Source: the human T2T-CHM13v2.0 reference genome, Homo sapiens. From it: DNA of 64,000 bases. The translations under genes were made by a program, and so were the position numbers. Positions 59,781 through 64,000 of this stretch are shown here, piece by piece. How positions within the stretch are numbered: the stretch's first letter is position 1; each line of letters begins with the position of its first letter. Below the pieces are notes generated by a model. The model worked only from the letters and a program-made list of their open reading frames with translations, had not been told where the DNA came from and did not search any database. The stretch lies in the NCBI RefSeq assembly GCF_009914755.1, contig NC_060925.1. The stretch is one strand, 5' to 3'.

Positions 59781-60699
59781 ACTCAGAGTTGGAATTATGT
59801 AGCACCTTTTTTCTCTCATGTCCCTTCATTGTTTATTTCAGGAAGGGAAGTTCTTCCCTCACGTTCATTGAAAATGTGAGCCATTCTATGTCTTTTCTGA
59901 GTAATTTTAGATAAATTTTATTCACTTAAAATTATTTCCAAAGTTAGAATGTGCATTCACGTAGAATAATCGACACTTAGTTTTCATTCAAAGCTCAAGC
60001 CTGTTGCAGGTGCAAAGCCTACATCTGGGCAGGGATTGTGGTTGGCTTCTTTCCACCTCCTACTCTGTGGTTTCTGTTTCCTGGTAAGGGAGATAGAGGG
60101 ACAAATGAAAGCTAAGGGGAACTGAGGCAGGAAGGCTCTGACTTGTCTGGTACCTCAATTCCCTCTATGCCTAGCTGATATTTAGAACTCATGCTTTCCT
60201 TTCTGGAGTACTTTTATGATTAATCAGAAACCCTACCTACACCCCCAGTCACCTGAAATCTTACTGATGAGTGATGCTCTCTCTGTCTCTTCATTAACTA
60301 CTTCTAGTTAATGAAGGACCACCTTTTGGATGGTCCTATGGGGCATGATATATGTGAACCTCACAACTCTTGGAGTATGTGGACAAAATCTGATAAATGA
60401 GGAACATTTAGGCATCATTACACTGAAGAATTCTAGGAGAACATTCAGAAGGATTTAGTCACGTCTTTTTTTACTGCTTCTTTCAGAGCAGATAGCTCCT
60501 CATATATTCACTTTTGAATTTTCCAGGAAGGAGTCAGATACCAGTTTATTATATTTCCCACGCTGCAGGGGCTCTTTGCTCCTCACTGACACAAACCAGT
60601 CTTCCCAGATATATGTCTCATGCCATCAAATATCCCACCTGCTATAACCCCTTCTGCAGTCTAACACAACACATGAGTCATTCCTCACTTGTTCTGTGA

Positions 60700-60945
60700 A
60701 ACATAGCATAGTGGTTTAAAAATATAATTAGGGATACAGACAGCTTGGGATCAAATATGAGTTCAACCTGTTAGCTGTGTGACTTTCAGTAAAGTATTGA
60801 AGTCGTTTGCACCCCAATTTCTTAGACTGAAAAATGATGATAATAATAAGAATACCTTACAGAGTTGTGAGAGGTTTAAAAGAGTCATTATTTGCATAGA
60901 TTAGTGTCTGGGTCATTGTAAGCACTCAATAGCTGTTGCCTGTTA
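60700..60945 (+). mobile_element. MIR
   Basis: catagcatagtggtttaaa...tagctgtgtgacttt...aaaatgatgataataataagaatacct. Confidence 0.8.
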
Positions 60946-60949
60946 CTCC

Positions 60950-62900
<1,951 letters not shown>

Positions 62901-64000
62901 ACTAATTTGAGGGGAATTCTTTTTAACAAAATAGAACTAAAATCTTTAACATAGAAGATGGAAGTAAGTGGCAGGAATTAAAGCATTCTAAGTTTATTCT
63001 ATTTGATAACAACTAATTAAATCCATGCATTGCATTTGGAGAATTATGGGAGGAGGGGTTTTCTATGCCATGAAGCAATGTTCCGTGAAGCTAATTCTCT
63101 GGTATAAATTTTCAATAAACCTGATGAAAGTGCTATATGCTAATTAGTCTTAAAATGGAAAGAACATTTTTAAACTTAATTAACACTATGTTATTTTTTG
63201 TGGCCTGTTGACAGAGACCAAGTTGTGTGGGAAACTTCCTTTAAGAAAGGTACACTTACTATATATGTTAACTGTGGACTTCCACATTGTGAAAGAGAGG
63301 TCTACTGGAAATAGAATTTTCCTCTAATAAGAAAATATTGTTAGTGCAGAAAGAAGGTAAATTTAGATTGGCTAGGCTCAGAGGAAACAAAGTAGGCATT
63401 CTTTTCATATAAGTACATGAAGAATCCTTTCATAAAGTTATAGTTGCTAGTCTTCTTAGTCACATGGTAAGTACTTAATGATATCCATTTTCGCTATGTT
63501 GGAGATAGAAATGTTGCGTTAAATATGTGAAAGCAAGCTGGAAAATATTTAATTAGTGATGGTATTATTACCTATGGAGAGGAATGTTTCCATCCTATCA
63601 CTGGTGGGACACTTGGAATCACCTGTTTCCTGAACCTCATTTTCATGTTCAATAGCTCAAATATTCTGGTAATCCCATGCCCACTTTGTGAACTTGAGCT
63701 TCGGAAGGGAGGCAGATAGAATGTGAAACAAATGTAGGCACAGCCACGCTACTCAAGAGAAAAGACTCCTGTGAATCCTGTCTCTTCTGAGTCTCCTTAG
63801 TTTTTCTGCCTCTTCTCTGATGCCCAGCTTTCTTGGTAGCTTAGGTGGAAATTTACTTATGAAACATCCCTAAATAGAAAGGTTAAGAGCCTTGATTTTC
63901 CCCAACAGTAATATAGAGCATCCTCATATTTACAGTAAAATTCTTCAGTTCATTTAATTACTTGCATCATTCATGTGGGGCTTTTGTTTGGTTGATTATT

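Overview
This is AT-rich, CpG-depleted primate (human-like) genomic DNA with no CpG island, no recognisable protein-coding exon, and no RNA gene or CRISPR array. It is probably intergenic or deep intronic; I could not identify the locus. The ORFs in the track that I can place are Alu, LINE-1 ORF2/3'UTR or LTR remnants, and the rest look like chance ORFs. The window is a layered record of transposons: AluS, L1PA, L1PB, L1M, L2, L3, MIR, MaLR and ERVL LTRs (THE1, MST, MLT1, MLT2) and DNA transposons (MER33, MER58B, MER5A, MER8, Tigger2). I found no new gene system. The notable features are structural. (1) A 154-bp, 97%-identical inverted duplication (37415-37568 / 38345-38498) looks like a templated insertion. 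(2) A twin-primed L1 sits inside another twin-primed L1, and both invert at nearly the same ORF2 position. (3) Two inverted L1 copies share a possible gene-conversion tract. (4) A TSD-flanked L1 has an in-frame deletion of the RT core. Repeat family names come from remembered consensus sequences, not a database search, and boundaries of old repeats are approximate.
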